64,000 nt of DNA from an uncultured Acidobacteriota bacterium (GTDB lineage: Bacteria > Acidobacteriota > Thermoanaerobaculia > Multivoradales > SZUA-115). The notes below the pieces were generated by a model, which saw nothing but the letters and a program-made list of their open reading frames with translations, made no database searches and was not told the origin of the DNA. Shown one piece after another: positions 62,454 through 64,000 of this stretch. Position numbers and translations under genes: made by a program. The stretch spans positions 192,001 to 256,000 of the forward strand of contig CAWDVR010000002.1 of NCBI GenBank assembly GCA_963805975.1, in the 5' to 3' direction. Position 1 is the stretch's first letter. Every line of letters begins with the position of its first letter.

Positions 62454-63396
62454 GCAGGAGCGATGGTCCGCCCACGTGCTCGTGCGCGTGGTAGCTGCTG
62501 CGCACCAGCGGCCCGGACTCGCAGTGCGCGAACCCCAGGGCGAGGGCGTGCTCGCGGTAGGCCGCGAACTCCTGCGGGTGGACGAAGCGGTCCACCGGCA
62601 GGTGCTTCTTCGTCGGCTGCAGGTACTGGCCGATGGTGAGGATCTCGACGCCGGCCGCGCGGATGTCCGCGATCGTCGCCCGCACCTCCTCCGCCGACTC
62701 CCCCAGCCCCACCATGATGCCGGTCTTGATCCGCCCGGCGTAGCTCCCGGCGTCCCGGCGGCGCGACGCCTCGGCGAGGAGCCCGAGGGTCCGGTCGTAG
62801 CGGCTCCCGGGCCGCGCCTGGCGGTAAAGGCGCGGCACGGTCTCGGTGTTGTGGGAGAAGACCTCGGGCCGGGCGCCGAGCACCAGGTCGAGCGCCTCCG
62901 GCACGCCGCGGAAGTCGGGGGTCAGCACTTCGACCGCGGTCTCCGGGTTGCGCTCGTGAACCGCCGCGATGACCTCGGCGAAGTGCCGGGAGCCGCCGTC
63001 CGGGAGATCGTCGCGGTCCACCGAGGTGATGACGGCGTGCCGGAGCCCCATCACCGCCACCGCCTCGGCCACGTGTGCGGGCTCCTCGGCGTCCACTCCC
63101 GCCTGCGGCCGGCCGGAGGTCACGGCGCAGAAACCACAGCGCCGGGTGCAGACGTCGCCCAGGATCATGAAGGTCGCGGTGCCGTGCTCGCCCCAGCACT
63201 CGTAGATGTTCGGGCAGCGCGCTTCCTGGCAGACCGTGTGGAGGTTCAGGCCGTCGACCAGGCGCTTGATCTCGTGGTACCGCGACGGGGTCGCGAGGCG
63301 GATGCGCAGCCACTCGGGACGTCCGGAGCGGGCGGGCGGCGCGGCGCGGGGGCCGATCTGAACGAGGGTCTCGCTCACGGCGCGGGAGCTTACCAT
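62440..63396 (-). CDS. lipA: Lipoyl synthase
   Basis: 'CQEARCPNIYEC' and 'CTRRCGFC' Fe-S motifs; 'VRSSYHA'. Confidence 0.96.
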   Translation of the reverse strand: MVSSRAVSETLVQIGPRAAPPARSGRPEWLRIRLATPSRYHEIKRLVDGLNLHTVCQEARCPNIYECWGEHGTATFMILGDVCTRRCGFCAVTSGRPQAGVDAEEPAHVAEAVAVMGLRHAVITSVDRDDLPDGGSRHFAEVIAAVHERNPETAVEVLTPDFRGVPEALDLVLGARPEVFSHNTETVPRLYRQARPGSRYDRTLGLLAEASRRRDAGSYAGRIKTGIMVGLGESAEEVRATIADIRAAGVEILTIGQYLQPTKKHLPVDRFVHPQEFAAYREHALALGFAHCESGPLVRSSYHAHEHVGGPSLLPMSS

Positions 63397-63400
63397 CCGG

Positions 63401-63427
63401 GTAGGGGCGACCGGCGGTCGCCCCTAC
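63401..63427. repeat. GTAG-family REP-like palindrome overlapping the nadC stop codon
   Basis: GTAGGGGCGACC-GGC-GGTCGCCCCTAC, perfect 12-bp arms. Confidence 0.78.
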
Positions 63428-64000
63428 GCTTCGATGTCCAGCGCCACGTCGAGGCTCGGCGCGCTGTGGGTCAGCCAGCCGATCGACAGCAGATCCACCC
63501 CGGTGGCGGCGACCTCGGCCGCGGTCTCGGGGGTGATGCCGCCGGACGCCTCGGTGACGGCCCGGCCGCCCACCCGCCGCACGGCCTCGCGGAGCAGCGC
63601 GGGCGGCATGTTGTCGAGCAGGATGGCTTCGACCCCGGCGGCGAGCGCGGCCTCGAGCTCCGCGAGGCCGGCCACCTCGACCTCGATCTTCACCAAGTGG
63701 CCGGCGGCCCGCCGCGCCCGCGCCACCGCCTCGGCCACCCCGCCCGCGATTCGCAGGTGGTTGTCCTTGATCAGGATGGCGTCGTCCAGCCCGAAACGGT
63801 GGTTGGCACCGCCGCCCAGCCGCACGGCGTGCTTCTCGAGTAGGCGCAGGCCCGGCGTGGTCTTCCTGGTGCAGACCACGCGGGCGCGGCTGCCGGCAAC
63901 GGCGACCACCACGCCGCGCGTGGCAGTGGCCACCCCCGATAGATGGCCGAGGAAGTTGAGCGCCGTGCGCTCGGCCGAGAGCAGGGCCCGCGCCGGGCCG
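63424..64000 (-). CDS. nadC: Nicotinate-nucleotide pyrophosphorylase (5' truncated)
   Basis: 'TRKTTPG', 'NHRFGL.D..LIKDNH', 'LLDNM' and 'EASGG'; the frame extends beyond the window end. Confidence 0.95.
   Translation of the reverse strand, partial: GPARALLSAERTALNFLGHLSGVATATRGVVVAVAGSRARVVCTRKTTPGLRLLEKHAVRLGGGANHRFGLDDAILIKDNHLRIAGGVAEAVARARRAAGHLVKIEVEVAGLAELEAALAAGVEAILLDNMPPALLREAVRRVGGRAVTEASGGITPETAAEVAATGVDLLSIGWLTHSAPSLDVALDIEA

Overview
Very GC-rich bacterial genomic window. An ADOP-type orphan permease and a 'VPAATLLLPYFEV' secreted protein suggest Acidobacteriota, possibly Thermoanaerobaculia; this is an inference. Housekeeping and metabolic genes lie at both ends: PP2C fragment, lytic transglycosylase, xerD, LeuA-like, SolA-like on the left; LeuB-like, DUF2071, FHA-GGDEF, GATase, proC, ProDH, BoxB-like diiron protein, GNAT, xdhC-mocA-coxD-coxE, MetE-like, lipA and nadC on the right. 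Between them are (i) a three-gene secreted-protein operon (Cys-rich IgGFc-binding-domain protein, Ntox16-like small protein, transglutaminase-like protein lacking the catalytic Cys), (ii) an AID/APOBEC-like deaminase gene and (iii) a ~34-kb minus-strand hybrid NRPS-PKS cluster. The cluster reads C-A-T; M20 peptidase; ADOP permease; C-A-T-C-T-C-A-T-C-A-T-C-A-T; KS-AT-KR-DH-ACP; C-A-T-TE; MFS. It carries three +1 frameshifts that are probably assembly errors. Two signals stand out. First, a ~320-bp element made of three hairpin units with a conserved loop and variable stems is inserted in frame into two different NRPS adenylation domains. Second, two unrelated effector-like proteins 48 kb apart (the deaminase and a protein with an NLS-like motif) share a repeated N-terminal 'A[AP]HVQxAxxxxQAK' leader. 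No rRNA, tRNA, CRISPR array or transposase was recognised.
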